From NCBI RefSeq assembly GCF_963921235.1, contig NC_086097.1, forward strand, positions 24,678,001 to 24,742,000: a DNA stretch of 64,000 bases. The letters are read 5' to 3'. Shown here piece by piece: positions 13,271-26,730 of this stretch (positions are counted from its first letter, which is position 1; each line of letters starts with the position of its first letter). This DNA is from Mobula hypostoma. Taxonomy: Eukaryota. A program made the position numbers and the translations under genes. A model generated the notes under the pieces. That model was not told the DNA's origin. It searched no databases and saw only the letters and a program-made list of their open reading frames with translations.

Positions 13271-15329
13271 GCTTGGGCCATGAGCCTCTGGTTGGCTCAA
13301 GATGATCTATAGGAATTCAAGCTGTTCTCTCCTGCACCACCATTCAAGAGAGTCAATTCTTTTCTGTTCTTGCATTAAGTCCAGCTTTCACATCTGTATG
13401 GCACTTCTGAGGTGTACCAATCTTATCTGAGCCAACAGAAATCAAAATCACTTTCAAAAATTTGAGTTTAAAATAAAAATTCACACTTATGGAATGTACA
13501 GTATATGGAAATAAATAAATACTCATAAAATATATCCAGGAAACTGAAATAATTTGCCAATGAGAATGATTGCAGAATGCCAGCTCATAGTGATGGCCAG
13601 TTAAGGGATTTGCTTTGGAAACTGACAAGGCAATATATTGATACTTGTACAATGTCACTTTATGAAACAATGTTATATCCATTATGTTAATTAAAGCAAC
13701 AACTGGTTCTCTTCTGTTTATATTATAATCAGGATTCCCTTGCTTATCAACCATGAATCGCAATGCCATTACTGTTGAGAACACTGCGTCTCAACATTGG
13801 ACTCAAAAGGCTTTTTGCCATGGAAAATCGCAATATCAATCGTTTTCTAGAAACGCAACCCAGAATCAGGGTTATTATCACTGTCTTGGCCTGAAATTGA
13901 GACTGTTCATTCATTTTCATCGATGCTGCCTCCGGTATTTTGTGTGTGACGCTCAAGATTTCCAGCATCTGTGTCTATGAATATAAATGGGTGCTTGAAT
14001 ATCAGCACAAATCCTGTGGGCTGAAGAGCCTGTTTATGTACGATATGGCTCTATCACTGAATAATTAAGCGAGGTGATTCTAAGATTGGCAGGATGCTGA
14101 GGAAACTTCCCCTGCTCTTCTGCTAAGGCAACACATCTGCCCGAGAAGGTGTATTATTGTCTCCTCTGGAAGATTTTGATAATGCAAGCCCCATTCACAC
14201 TGCAGCACCCAGCCTCCATTCAGAGTGTGCTCACTGATTCTCCCTCTCTGCTTCTTTTCCTACTCGGTCAGTGCAAAGAGAAGATAAAGCCCGATCCAAA
14301 GTGAAATCAGTCAGAAGAATTGTTGAAGGATTAGAATAAATAAGCATTATCTCTAGGCAGTAATGCAATATCAAATCACCGACACTTGATTGCTGAGATT
14401 TAGTGGATTAAGGTGCAGTCAGTACAAACCAATGATCATGTCCATAGCTACTACATTATACTGACTCTACTTGGCATTAAAGGAATGTAATTAATCTAAA
14501 TTCTGGACAAAAGAAATTAGTGTGGAGAGGGGTGTCAAAGTCAATGTAAAAACTATATTCAAAGTCCATATATGTTACCTAGCAGGTCCTGAAGAAGGAT
14601 CTCGGCCTGAAACATTGACTGTTTATTCCTTTCCCTAGATGCTGCCTGACCTGTTGAGTTCCTCCAGCATTTTGTGTGTGTTGCTCTGGATTTCCAGCAT
14701 CTGCAGACTTTCTTATGTTTATGTTATCATGATACCTTGAGATTCTCTTTTTTTTTTCTTGTAGGTATTTACAAAAAAATAAAGAAATACTATAGAATTT
14801 ATAAAAAGCCATGCATAAACGAAGACTGGTGTGTTAAGCAGGGAGCAGAAGGAGTTGAACAATGAAACATTTTGCTGAAGCAGTGGTGAGGTCCAAATCC
14901 CACTGGCTGAATGGGTACTGGAAGCAAAGTCTCTCTCTGCCCTGGATGGGCTGTTCCAGGGTTGTGCCCAGAGGAGTTGTGACCAAGCTCGGAAAGATGG
15001 GAGTCAATTTCTGGCTGGCTGAATCAGAATTGGAATCAGCTTTACTATCACTAAATTTGTTCTGTAGCAACAGTATGGTGCAAGACAGTAACAAAAAATA
15101 TGATAATGTACAATAATAAATAAATAAAGAGTGTGAAAGAGGAACAGTGAGCTATTGTTCATGAGTTCCTGGACCATATCTACCCTGTCCTTTCCAAATT
15201 CTCCATTTTCCCCAAGTTTCCAGTTGGATTCATTAGTGCTTAATCTATTATTTAAGTCCCTTCATCTTTATGAATTTAACAAATAAAAATGGGAGAGTAA
15301 TAATACAGAGTACTTTTACCACAAAACTG

Positions 15330-15830
15330 TTGTGTTGAGTGCAAGGTTGTTGCTGTGACACCACTCGAACAGATGATCCATCTTGTTCGTGTATGCCTCC
15401 TGGTCATCATCTGAAATTCTGCCAACAATAGTCGTGTTGTCGGCAACCTTATAGCTGGGTTTTGAGCTGTGCCTAGCCATACTAAAATGGCTATAGAAAG
15501 AATAGAGCAGTGGGCTAAGCACACATCCTTGAGGTGTGCCGGTGTTGATTGACAGTGAGGAGGAAATGTTATTTCTGATCCACGCTGACTGTGGTCTCCT
15601 GATGAGGAAGTCAAGGATCCAGTTGTAAAGAGAGGTACAGAAGCCAAGGTTTTGGAGTGTGTTGATTGGTACTGAGGGCATGATAGTGTTGAATTCTGAG
15701 CTGACATAGGTATTGCGATGGAGCATGTGACTCAAGGCCGAGTGGAGAGCCAGTGAGATGACATCTGCTGCAGACCTATTGTGGCAATAGGCAAATTGCA
15801 ATGGGTCCAGCTCCTTGCTTGAGTGGTTCT
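15330..15830 (-). mobile_element. Rex1/Babar-type LINE RT fragment
   Basis: ORF 15316-15801: QFAYCHNRSAADVISLALH..WILDFL..GTPQGCVLSPLLYS..ADNTTIVG. Confidence 0.85.
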
Positions 15831-15871
15831 GGCCATAACTAGATCAGTGGCACTCAGGTCTGGAAACCAAG

Positions 15872-16399
15872 TGTAACTCTCGGTTCGGCTAGCGGCTTAA
15901 CCTAGGGGAAGACAGCCCTCGGCCCGGCCAAACTTAAGAAATCTTGTTTGGGTGGATGCTGCACGATGTGTCCCCTGTTACAAATCAGTACCACGAAATA
16001 ACAAACAGTACACAATATGCGATTAAACGATTGAGCTTTATAATTCTTAATTCTTAATGGTTAGTAAAGAAACAAAAAAAAAGGGCCCATTCTCATGAAA
16101 CAGTTTAATGCGCAACATTGGTGCTCACGGTTCAGTTCACTGGTTTCCCATCAACCCCCTCCAAGCGTAGCCAACCCTCAGACCCTCACTCCGTCTAGCG
16201 GTCTACCAACTCTCTCCATTCCTGTCTTCTCTCCTCATCTCTCCCCGGCAAAAGACTGCGAAATCCCTGCTCCCAGACTCACAAGAAAGAACAACATCTC
16301 TCATTGGATAGCACCACATTCCAAAGCCCCGTATTCTCCAGTCATAACCCAAACATTGCTGCTACAGAGAGGCCATTGCATTAGCAGTGAAACCTTACA
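15872..16399. mobile_element. Probable solo LTR
   Basis: Begins TGTAA and ends TTACA; CpG-richer than flanks; interrupts Rex1-like sequence; no clear TSD. Confidence 0.5.
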
Positions 16400-19300
16400 G
16401 CACATTATACAAGCAAAATATAAGTGGTCCAGTTATGATCTCCAGAAAGCCATCTCGCATACAAAGGGACATTTTCGGACCAACATGAATCACTGAAGGA
16501 TACTCGACAGCTGTGGCAAGGCTTGAATGCCTCACCTCTTATAAAGTGAAACCAAGCAACATAGGAGGAGCTCAATGCCTCTTATGGTCGCTTTGACTAT
16601 CAAGACATAGGAACATGAACCTTCACGAAATCCCTCAGCCCCCAGTGATCCTGTGATTTCAGTCTCTGAGGCTGATGTGAGAGCATCCTTCAGGAGTGTG
16701 AACCCACGGAAAGCATCCAGCCCAGACGGGGTCCCTGGCCAAGTACTAAACAACCTGTGGTGATCAACTGGCTGGAGTGGTTCACCACTATCTTTAACCT
16801 CTTGCTTTGGCCATCTGAGGTACTCACTCATTTCAAGCAGACTTCAATTATGCCAGTGTCTCGGAAGCACATGGTAACCTGCTTCAATGACTATCATTCA
16901 GTAGCAATTAAATCCACTATGATGAAGTGCTTTGAGGGGGTGGTGATAAAATATATCAACTCCTGCCTGAGGAGTGACTTGGACCCACTCCAATTTTCTT
17001 ACCATCACAACAGGTCAACAGTAGATGCCACTTTATCGGCTTTTCACTCAACCCTGGAATATCTGTACAGCAAAGATGCACAGAGCCATAGTCATAAAGA
17101 AGTACAACACAGAAACTAGCCTTTCAGCCCATCTAGTCCATGATAAAATCATTTAAACTGCCTACTCCCATCAACCTGCACTGAGACCATAGATCTCCAT
17201 ATGCCTATCATCCATGTGCGTATCCAAACTAGTTGAAATCGAGCTTGCATGCACCACTTATACTGGCAGCTCATTCCACACTTTCACCATCCTCTGTGTG
17301 AAGAAGTTTCCCCTCATGTTCCCCTTAAGCTTTTCACTTTTCACCTTTCACCCTTAACTCGTGACCTCTGGTTGTAGTCCCACCCAACCTCAGTGGACAA
17401 AACCTACTTGCATTTACCCTGTCTATTCCCCTCATAATTTTGAATACCTCTATCAAATCTCCTCTCAATTTTCTATGTTCTAAGGGATAACCTATTCAAT
17501 CTTTCCTCTTTACTCAGGTCCTCCAGACCTGGCAACATCTCTGTAAATTTCCTCTGTGCTCTTTTAACCTTGTTTGCATCTTTCCTGTAGGTCGGCGATC
17601 AAAACTACACACAATACTCTATATTAGGCCTCACCAACATCTTATACTTCAACATAACATCCATCTGTTCTACTCAGTACATTGATTTATGAAGGCCGAT
17701 GTGCCAAAAGCTTTCCTTACAACCCTATCTACCTGTGATGCCACTTTCAGTGAATTATGGACCTGTATTCCCAGATCCTTCTGTTCCACCACACTCCTCA
17801 ATGCCCTACTGTTCACTATGTAGGACCTACCCTAGTTGGTTCTACCAAAGTGAAAAACCTCGCACTTGTCTGCAGTAAATTCCATCAGCCATTTTTCAGC
17901 CAATTTTTGCAGCTGATGCAGATCCTTCTGCAAGCCATGGTAGCCCTCTTCACTATCCATTACACCCCATTCTTGGTGTTATCTGCAAATTTGCTAATAC
18001 AGTTGACCACATTATCATCCAGATCATTGATATAGATGACAAACAACAGAGGACCCAGCACCAATCCCTGCAGCACACCACTAGTCAGAGGCCTCCAGTC
18101 AGAGAGGCAACCATCTACTATCACTCTCTGGCTTCTCACACAAAGCCAATATCTAATATGGATACATACTCCTGGATATTCTTCATTGAATACAGCTCAG
18201 CATTCAATACGGTCATCCCCTCAAATCTAATCAATAGCCTTCAAGACCTGGACCTCAATACCTCCTTATGCAACTGGATCCTTGACTTTCTCACTTTTGC
18301 AAACCCCAGTTAGTTCAGATTGGAAACAACATCGCCTCCACAATCTGCATCAGCACAGGTGCACCACAAGGCTGTGTGCTTAGCCCCCTGCTGAACTCGC
18401 TTTACCGTTATGACTGTGAGGCTAAGCACGGTTCCTATGCCACATTAAGTTTGCTGATGACACCACTGTCACTGTCAGTGGCCAAATCAAAGATTGTGAT
18501 GAGTCAGTTTACAGGAGGGAGACTGAAAATCTGGCTGAGTGGTGCCACAACAACAGCCTCTCACTCAGTGTCAGCAAGACCAAAGAGCTAATTATTGTGT
18601 ACAAGAGGATGAAACTGGAGGCTCAGGAACCAATCCTCATCGGGGAACGAGAGGTGGAGAGGTTTAGCAACATTAAATTCCTAGGTGTTATCACTTCAGA
18701 AGGTTTGTCCTGGATCCAGCATGTAAGGGCCATTACAAAGAAAGCACGGCTACACTTCTACTTTCTTAGAGGCTTGCAAAGATTTGGCATGTTATCTAAA
18801 GCTTTGTCAAACTTCTATAGATGTATAACACCAATGGTATGGAAACACCAATTCCCTCAAAGGGTAAAGCCTACTAAAAGTAGTGGATACAGCCCAGTCC
18901 ACCACAGGTAAAAGTCTCTGCACTGTTGAGCACATCTACATGGAGCGATGAATCAGGAAAGCAGCTTCCTCAGTCAAGGACCACTACCACCCAGGTCATG
19001 CTCTCTTCTTGCTGCTGCCATCAGGAATAAGATCCATGAACTTCAGGACCCACACCATCAGGTTCAGGAAGAATTATTACCACACAACCATCAGGCTCTT
19101 GAACCAGAGGGGATAGCTTCACCCTACTTCACTTGCCCCATCACTGAAATGTCCCCACAATCTATAGACCAACTTTCAAGGACTCCCCAACTCACCTCAA
19201 CAATATTTATTATATATTTATTTATTTTCCTCCTTGTTTTGCATTTGCACAGTTTGTTCTGTTTTGCACATTGGTTATTGTCTGTCCTGCTGGGTGCAGT

Positions 19301-19410
19301 CTTCATTGATTAATTGAGTTTTTTTGTATTTACTGTAAATGCCCACAAGACAATGAATCTCAGGGTTGTACATGGTGACATACATGTACTTTGATAATAA
19401 AAATACTTTG
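16400..19410 (+). mobile_element. Rex1/Babar-type LINE (ORF remnants to 3' UTR), interrupted by CR1
   Basis: ORF 16757-17119 (FNDYHSVAIKSTMMKCFE..LDPLQFSY..NRSTVDA), 18376-18911 (LSPLL, KFLGVI..LSW..KKARLHFYFLRGL); tail aatgaatctcagggttgta..tttgaac. Confidence 0.85.
17095..18158 (-). mobile_element. CR1 LINE 3' fragment nested in Rex1-like element
   Basis: Reverse complement homologous to the CR1 RT/3' region at 36480-37490; Rex1 sequence resumes at ~18160. Confidence 0.8.
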
Positions 19411-21470
19411 AACCTCTCAAACCACTTCATCACAGTAGATGTAAGTGCATCTGAGTAATAGTCATTGACGCAGCTCACCCCATATCTCTTGGGCACTGGT
19501 ATGATTGTCACCCTTTTGAAGCAGGTGGGGACCTCTAACTGCAGCAGTGAGAGATTGAAGATGTCCTTGAGCATTCACGGCAATTGCTTGGCACAGGTTT
19601 TCAGTGCCCTACCATGTACACCATTAGGATATGACACCTTGCAAGAGTTCACTCTCTTGAACGATGTTCTGACTTCAGCCTCCAAGACAGAGATCACAGG
19701 GTTACCAGGTGCAGCAGAGATTCGCACAGGTGTAGTCTTATTCTCCCTTTCAAAGCAAGTATCAAAGGCATTCAGTTCATCTGGAAGTGAAGCACCACAG
19801 CCATTCATGATTAGCTGAATTTCATCTCCAACTTCAATGAGAATTGTTTCTTCATTCTTAAAATTGCCTTTCGTAGGTTGTACTTGGACTTCTTGTATAA
19901 TTCTGGATCACTGGTCTTGAATACCACAAATCTAGCCTTCACCAGACTACAAATCTCCTGGTTCATTCACGGCTTTTGCTTTGGGTATGTCCACTATGCT
20001 CTTGAAGGCATACACTCATCCACACAGGTCTTGACGAAGCCTGTGACAACTGTGGTGTATTCTTTCAGATTTGAAGATGACTCCACTGATTCAAAGCAGT
20101 CCTATAAGAACTCTTGCACCTCACTTGACTATACCATCTTGGTCCTCACCATTGGTGCTGCAGTCATCAGTCTCTGTCTGTATGGCCTGCTGATCAAAAT
20201 TTCCAAAGTGTGGGCATGGGACGACTCCATAAGTTTGCTTGATGGTGGTATAACAGTGGTCAAATTTGTTGGCTCTTGCAGTTCCATGGGTGATATGTAC
20301 GTGGTGGTAGTTGTTCAGAGACTTCTTCAGGCTGGCCTGGTTGAAATCTAGCACAGTGAGAAGGAAGACATCAGGATGCGCTGTTTCATGACTGCTGATC
20401 ACAGTACTCAACTGCTCCATGCCTGCCTGACATTGGCCGGGGTGGAACGTATACTGCTAGCAGGATAATGCCAGAAATTTCCCACAGCAGATAAAATAGA
20501 CAACACTTGACCGTTAGATGTTCCAGGTTGGGTGAGCAGGACTAAAACAGAACTATTACATTTGTACACCATGATGAGTTAATCATGAAACACATTTCAC
20601 TTTGTTTACCTTTAAGAGGCTCTGCTATCTTGTCTTAGCAGTGCAGCCCTCGGGCTGCAGTTCTGTGTCAGAAATGGCGGAAGTGGGCCATGTTTCATAG
20701 ATATATAGAAACATAGAAAATAGGTGCAGGAGTAGGCCATTCGGCCCTTTGAGCCTGCACCGCCATTTATTATGATCATGGCTGATCATCCAACTCAGAA
20801 CCCCGCCCCAGCCTTCCCTCCATACTCCCTGATCCCCGTAGCCACAAGGGCCATATCACAAGGGCCATTGTTTCCATAAAACAATGTTCACAGCAGTCCA
20901 TGATGTCCCTCTGGTACTGCAATTTTATTTTCCAGAGACGGTTCATTCGCCAGCAGCATCGCAGGGAGTAGAGGGATCTAAGGGATCTGCATTTCATTCT
21001 TACATGTAGACCAGCATGATTTCCATTACTCTTTTTCCTTAAAGGGAAACTGAACTCGCGACCCAAGTCTGCAGTCCTGAGTCTGCCAATTTTGAGGATC
21101 AATAGATTTTTTAAGCATCTTAACGTGATGTTGCATACTGAAGTACCCATGGCTGTGATGGTGGCGTTCAGCTGTAACAGTCCTAAACAGGAACAGCTGA
21201 CTATTCCCTGCGGAGCCACACTCGAAGAGTCCCCACTTATCTGCGCCATCTTGAGCATTAACAGCACAGGCCCACAAGGCACGAGTGAAAATGATAACTA
21301 AGGCAAGATTCAAGATGATAAGCTGACAGAGACAGTGTGTAAACATAATGCAGTCGCCCTGGCTGAACATAGCCCTTGAAAGCCTAAAACTCTCCTTTGT
21401 ACAGTTTTTCTGTTCAAAGCAGGGAACCAAGGTCACCAGGCAGACCAAGACATAATGCAAATGAAGCATT
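19411..21470 (-). mobile_element. Rex1/Babar-type LINE 5' portion (endonuclease region remnants), with small CR1 tail inserted at ~20700-20856
   Basis: ORFs 20121-20420 (HPDVFLLTVLDFNQASLKK..FDHCYTTIK), 19575-19808 (SLPDELNAF..FE..KRVN) and 19275-19574 ([21 protein letters not shown]). Confidence 0.8.
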
Positions 21471-21719
21471 TTAAGGCAACAGGTGTTTTATTAATTTTCA
21501 AGTATTTTTTGCCTTTAACATTTAGATTTAATTGGTTATTAACACCTGAAATATGTACAATGATTGGTGCTTAACTATGCAAATGAAGGGATTCTGAAGT
21601 GCACAAAGTTTCTCTGGGAGCAATATCTGTTTTTCACTAGTCAATTTCTGTAACCCTAACCCTAACCTCAGAACAGTTTGGTGATAGTGCGATTGAGGAA
21701 AACAAATTTTAAAGATTAA

Positions 21720-22000
21720 GGTTTATCTTTATTTGTTACATATATATCAAAACATCAAAACATACAGTAAAATGCATCATTTGCGGCAACAGCCAATACA
21801 CTGAGGATTTGCTGGGAGCAGCCCACATGTGTCACCACACTTCAGGCAACAACGTAGCATAAATACAACTCACTAACCCTAATCTGTACATTTTTGGAAT
21901 GGGGGGGAAACTGGAGCACCCAGAGAAAACCCACTTAGTCCTGGGGAGAACGTACAAACTCCTTAAAGACAGCTGTGGGAATTGAACCCCTATTGCTGGT
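21720..22000 (-). mobile_element. HE1/V-SINE-type SINE
   Basis: Reverse complement of V-domain core (gagtttgtacgttctcccc..gggttttctctgggtgctccagtttcc) and B-box-like gggttcaattccc. Confidence 0.65.
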
Positions 22001-22520
22001 ACAGAATGAGTGTGAGGTGTCTAGAGTCCAGTTAATTGGTAACAACACTAGATTACACTCACCTATAGGGGGACACACCCCTGGCTCATATTACCGCAAT
22101 TGAAGCCATTCCTAATCTGGTCACTCTCCCACCCTCACTTCTCCAAAACTCTGGCTTGGTGATCGGAATTTCCCATAGTCCAACCTTTTCATGTACCACC
22201 TGTAGAGACCATGCCATTTAGCAACCAGACCTTTCTCCACAACTGTACCAGGTGAGTGACTAATGCCTGCAGAGTGCATCAGTGGCTAAGAGCCAATCAG
22301 ATGGCATCCACCACCAACCCTACTGGACTCATTACTGGCTGTTTCTCAGTAGAGGTTCAGAGGATGGTCAATAGATGCAATGAACTTCTGAGCAGGGTAG
22401 AAGGGGACCAATCCCAGGGAAGGTTGATGAGGAGAAGTTGAGCAAGCCTGGGCTTTTCTCCTTGGAGTGAACAAGGATAAGTGACAACTTGATAGTGTTG
22501 TATAAGATAATAAGTATAAA

Positions 22521-23540
22521 CCCAAAGTCCAAGATGGTTGAATCTTGAACGTGAGTCTGTGCAAGGATTTTCATTGACGTCTATTTTAGGGGCTTCGCTT
22601 CCCTTTGCATTTACTAAATTGAATAAGCAAATTACTAACCCAATAATTAAATATACAATACAAATATGGTTCCAATTTCGTAAATTTTTTGATTTGAATA
22701 AATTTACCCTTTCTGGCCCTATTTTATTTAATTTTTTTTCAACCATCCAGGATTGATCAAGCCTTTCTTCTTTGGAAAATGAAAGGAATAAACGGTTTTT
22801 GTGATTTATTTATGGATAACAGTTTTACGACTTTTGAACAATTATCTAATAAATATGATTTGCCTAGATCGCACTTTTTAAAATAGCTACAGATTAGAAA
22901 TATTTTGAATGTTATTTTGCCTACCTTTCTGATGTCACATCAAGCTGAAATTATGGAAAAAATCTTAAGTTTAAATCCCTTACAAAAGAGTGTAATAGCA
23001 ACTATCTACGACTTGATCATGAAAATCTCTTCAGGTATATCTGATAAAATAAAGAATGAATGGGAACGGGAACTTCAAGTAAGTATATCCATAGAAGAAT
23101 GGGAAAAGTTTCTTAAATTAGTTAATATTTCTTCAATGTGTGCTGGACATACTTTAATACAATTTAAAGTGGTTCGTAGAACGTATATGCCAAAAGACAA
23201 ACTAGCCCGTTTTCATTCCCATTTAAATCCTATGTGTGACAGATATAACTTTGAGGTTGCTTCTTTAACCCATATGTTTTGGTCCTGCCTTCTTTTGAAA
23301 AAATATTGGAAAGACATCTTTGATATTGTTTCAGCAGTTTTACATATTGATTTACAACTCCATCCTATTCAATTTTTGGATTACCAATGATTGATTCTAG
23401 TTATTTATCATCTTCAGCCTGCCATTTGATAGCACTTGTTACGCTGATGGCCAGAAGATCCATTTTATTTCAATGGAAAGATCTTGATCCCCCTACTACA
23501 CTCCAATGGTTTTCTCAAACTATAGCTTGTTTAAATCTAG
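22521..23540 (+). mobile_element. L1/Tx1-clade LINE ORF2 C-terminal fragment inside a CR1 fragment
   Basis: ORF 22905-23390 has zf-RVT-like IQFKVVRRTY..CDRY..ASLTHMFWSC; AT-rich; flanked by aagtataaa at 22512 and 23541. Confidence 0.8.
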
Positions 23541-24220
23541 AAGTATAAATAGAGTGAACAACCAGAGACATTTTCCCAGGGTGGCAATGGCTAATACGAG
23601 AAAACATACTTTAAGGTGATTGGAGGAAAGTAGAAGGGGGGTGTCAGAGGTAGTTTTTTTTTGAGAGTGGTAAGGGCGTGGAATGTACTGTCAAGGGTGA
23701 TATATTAGGAACATTTAAGAAACTCCCAAATAGGCACATGGATGAAAGAAAATTGGAGGGTTATATGGGATGAAAGGATTAGATTGATTTTGGAGTAGGT
23801 TAAAAGGTCGATGCAGCATTATGGGCCGAAAGGCTTGTACTGTATAGTACTTTTCTGTGTTCTATGTTCTATGTTTGTAGGGGTTTGAAGTGGTTTTGTC
23901 ATCTGAAGGCATCCCTCATCTGAAGTGATGTGCTGACCTTGTGATATGTCAGTTTCAAACCCCTCTTTGTTTTGAAGTGAGTAGATAATGAAGAAGGCTC
24001 CTGCTTGGTTAGGGGGTGTACCTGGTACAGAAAGAGATCCCAGCAGATCACGGGACAGAAGGGGGCAAGTATATTGCCTCCATTAGCAGACTGTACAGGA
24101 CATCTTTAGCAAAGCTGGGTTTGCAAACTGCTGCATATGAACAACTACTACACACACACACATACATACACACACACACACACACACACTCAGAAACGTG
24201 TGTGCGTGTGCGCACACACA

Positions 24221-24545
24221 CACTTTCAGAGAGGCACACATTCAGATACACGCAGAGTCAGAGAGGTACGCACTGACACACACACAGACACACAGACACA
24301 CAGACACACTTTCAGAGAGGCACACATTCAGATACACGCAGTCAGAGAGGTACGCACTGACACACACACAGACACACAGACACACAGACACACTTTCAGA
24401 GAGGCACACATTCAGATACACGCAGAGTCAGAGAGGTACGCACTGACACACACACAGACACACAGACACACAGACACACTTTCAGAGAGGCACACATTCA
24501 GATACACACAGAGTCAGAGAGGTACACACTGACATACACACACAA
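24221..24545. repeat. Minisatellite, about 4 near-identical 84-86-bp units, in CA-rich sequence
   Basis: Unit cactttcagagaggcacacattcagatacacgcagagtcagagaggtacgcactgacacacacacagacacacagacacacagaca starts at 24221, 24307, 24391, 24477. Confidence 0.9.
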
Positions 24546-25374
24546 TCAGACAGATATATATATTCAGATGTTCAGACACACACATACACACATTCAGTCA
24601 AGCACACTCACTAATATACATACACAGACATACATATTCAGACAGACACAAACATCCACACAAAGTATCTCGGCTGGAATGCAGGTGAGCATTCGCTCTG
24701 ACACCTTGGCTCATTCTAACATTGTGCAGTTCCTTCAGTCATTGAACTGAGTTTACTGAGAACCTACACGGCCTTTGCAGTGCTGCCTGTTGTACTTTCA
24801 TGGAACACTGATTCCCTCAGGCATATCTCAGCACATTAATATTCATAAGCTATCCACCTGGCTTTGAAGATCTGTAAGTGGATCTCAGAATGAAATGATT
24901 CTCTCGAATGGAAAATCTGTACAAATATCTCCTGCTTTTAACAGCATGCTTCCATATGACGCAGTTGACTGAAGTGTGCGGGATATCAGTGCTCCTTCCT
25001 CACCCGCTGCCTCTGTCTTTGATTTGAGGGTTTCCTTTATAACTGTATCTCTTTGTCTGAATAGCAAGCAGGGCCAACCAGCATCATCCGTCATTACGTG
25101 GACCCACATAGGGCCCTGGTTCCCAAATTCAGAAAGGTTACTCATTAAGTTCAAGTTCAAAGTATATTTGTTGTTAAAGTATGTATGCATTGTACAATAT
25201 TGAATTTCATCTCCTTCCAGGCAGCTACAAAACAAAGGAAAGCAAAATAACCCATTTTAAAAAAAGATTGCAAAATACCCAAAAGTGTTATTTAAAAATA
25301 CTTTGATGTTTTCTTTGTTTTGTTTGCTGCCGTTAAGCAGTTTCCGGGCTTCACCAGTTCCATCTGACTTATTT

Positions 25375-25625
25375 ATTGAGATATGGTGCAGGATAGGCCC
25401 TTCCAGCCTTTTGAGCTGCCCTGCTCAGCAATCCCCCAATTTAATCTTAGCCTAATCACAGGACAACTTACAATGCCCCAGTAACCTAACAACTGGACTG
25501 TGGGAGGAAATCGGAGCACTGGGAGGAAACCCATGCAGTCACAGGGAGAAGATACAAACTCCTTACAACAGCGGCGCATATTGAATCGGGGTTGCTGGGA
25601 CTGTAACCACTACGCTACCATGCAA
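25375..25625 (-). mobile_element. HE1/V-SINE-type SINE
   Basis: tgtgggaggaaatcggagcact..gaaacccatgcagtcacagggagaa..caaactcc is the reverse complement of the V-domain core. Confidence 0.65.
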
Positions 25626-25899
25626 CCCCATCATAAACCGGAAGTACAAAGACTGCCACCATTGGGGAGAAGGTACAGGAGTCCGAAGACCCACACTCAG
25701 TGATTCAGGAACAGCTTCTTCCCCTTTGCCATCAGATTTCTCAACAGACAATGAACCTGTGCACACTTCCTCATTTTATGTTTTTCTATCCACAAGTTAT
25801 AGTAATGTTATGTCTTGGCATTGTACTGATGCTGCAAAACAACACATTTTACATGATATAAACCTTATTCTGATTCTACTGCTCAAAACAATAGACAAA

Positions 25900-26470
25900 G
25901 TTAAACACATGCAAAATGCTGCAGGAACTCAGCATCCATGAAAAAGAGTTGATGTTTCAGGCCAAAACCCTTTATTAGAGTCCTGATGAAGGGTCTCAGC
26001 CCAAAACATCGATTGTACCCTTTTCCTCCTGCCATCTGGCAAAAGGCACGAAGTATTCGGGCTCTCACAACCAGACTATGTAACAGTTTCTTCCCCCAAG
26101 CCATCAGACCCCTCAATACCCAGAGCCTGGACTGACACCAACCTACTGCCCTCTACTGTGCCTATTGTTTATTATTTATTGTAATGCCTGGACTGTTTTG
26201 TGCACTTTATGCAGTCCTGCATAGGTCTGTAGTCTAGAGTAGTTTTTGTGTTATTTTATGTAGTTCAGTGTAGTTTTTGTATTGTTCATGTAGCACCATG
26301 ATCCTGAAAAACATTGTCTCGTTTTTACTGTGTACTGTACCAGCAGTTATGGTCGAAATGACAACGACTTGACTTGACTTTTCCATAGATGCTGCCTGGC
26401 CTGCTGAGTTCCTCCAGCATTTTGTGTGTGTATTGCTTGGATTTCCAGCATCTGCAGATTTTCTCTTGGT
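25900..26470. mobile_element. Inverted (palindromic) Penelope-terminus cassette split by a Rex1-like 3' end (~26027-26377)
   Basis: Minus-sense pLTR half, then plus-sense half with degenerate hammerhead (25979-26014); inserted LINE tail flanked by cttttcc duplication. Confidence 0.7.
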
Positions 26471-26509
26471 TGTGATCACATGAAGTTCAAGACAATCCGT
26501 AGAACTAGT

Positions 26510-26730
26510 GACACCAAAGATTCTGCAGATGCTGGAATATGAATCAACACACAAAACACTGGAGGAACTCAGCAGATCTGGCAGCTTCTGTGGAGGGGAA
26601 TGGACAGTCAGGGTTTTGGATCAAACCTCTTTATCTCAACTGACAAAGAGTCTCAGCCCAAAATATCAATTCTGCATTTCCGTCCATAGATGCTGCCTCA
26701 GCTGCTGAGTTCCTCCAGTGTTTTATACTT
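26510..26730. mobile_element. Palindromic Penelope-terminus cassette (older)
   Basis: aaaacactggaggaactcagcag ... ctgctgagttcctccagtgtttt inverted arms. Confidence 0.7.

Noticed and set aside
13353..13784. 143-aa minus-strand ORF in unique sequence
   Set aside because: Non-ATG start, no recognisable domain or exon structure, AT-rich composition
21651..21667. Telomere-like (TAACCC)n
   Set aside because: Under three units; too short to call an interstitial telomere
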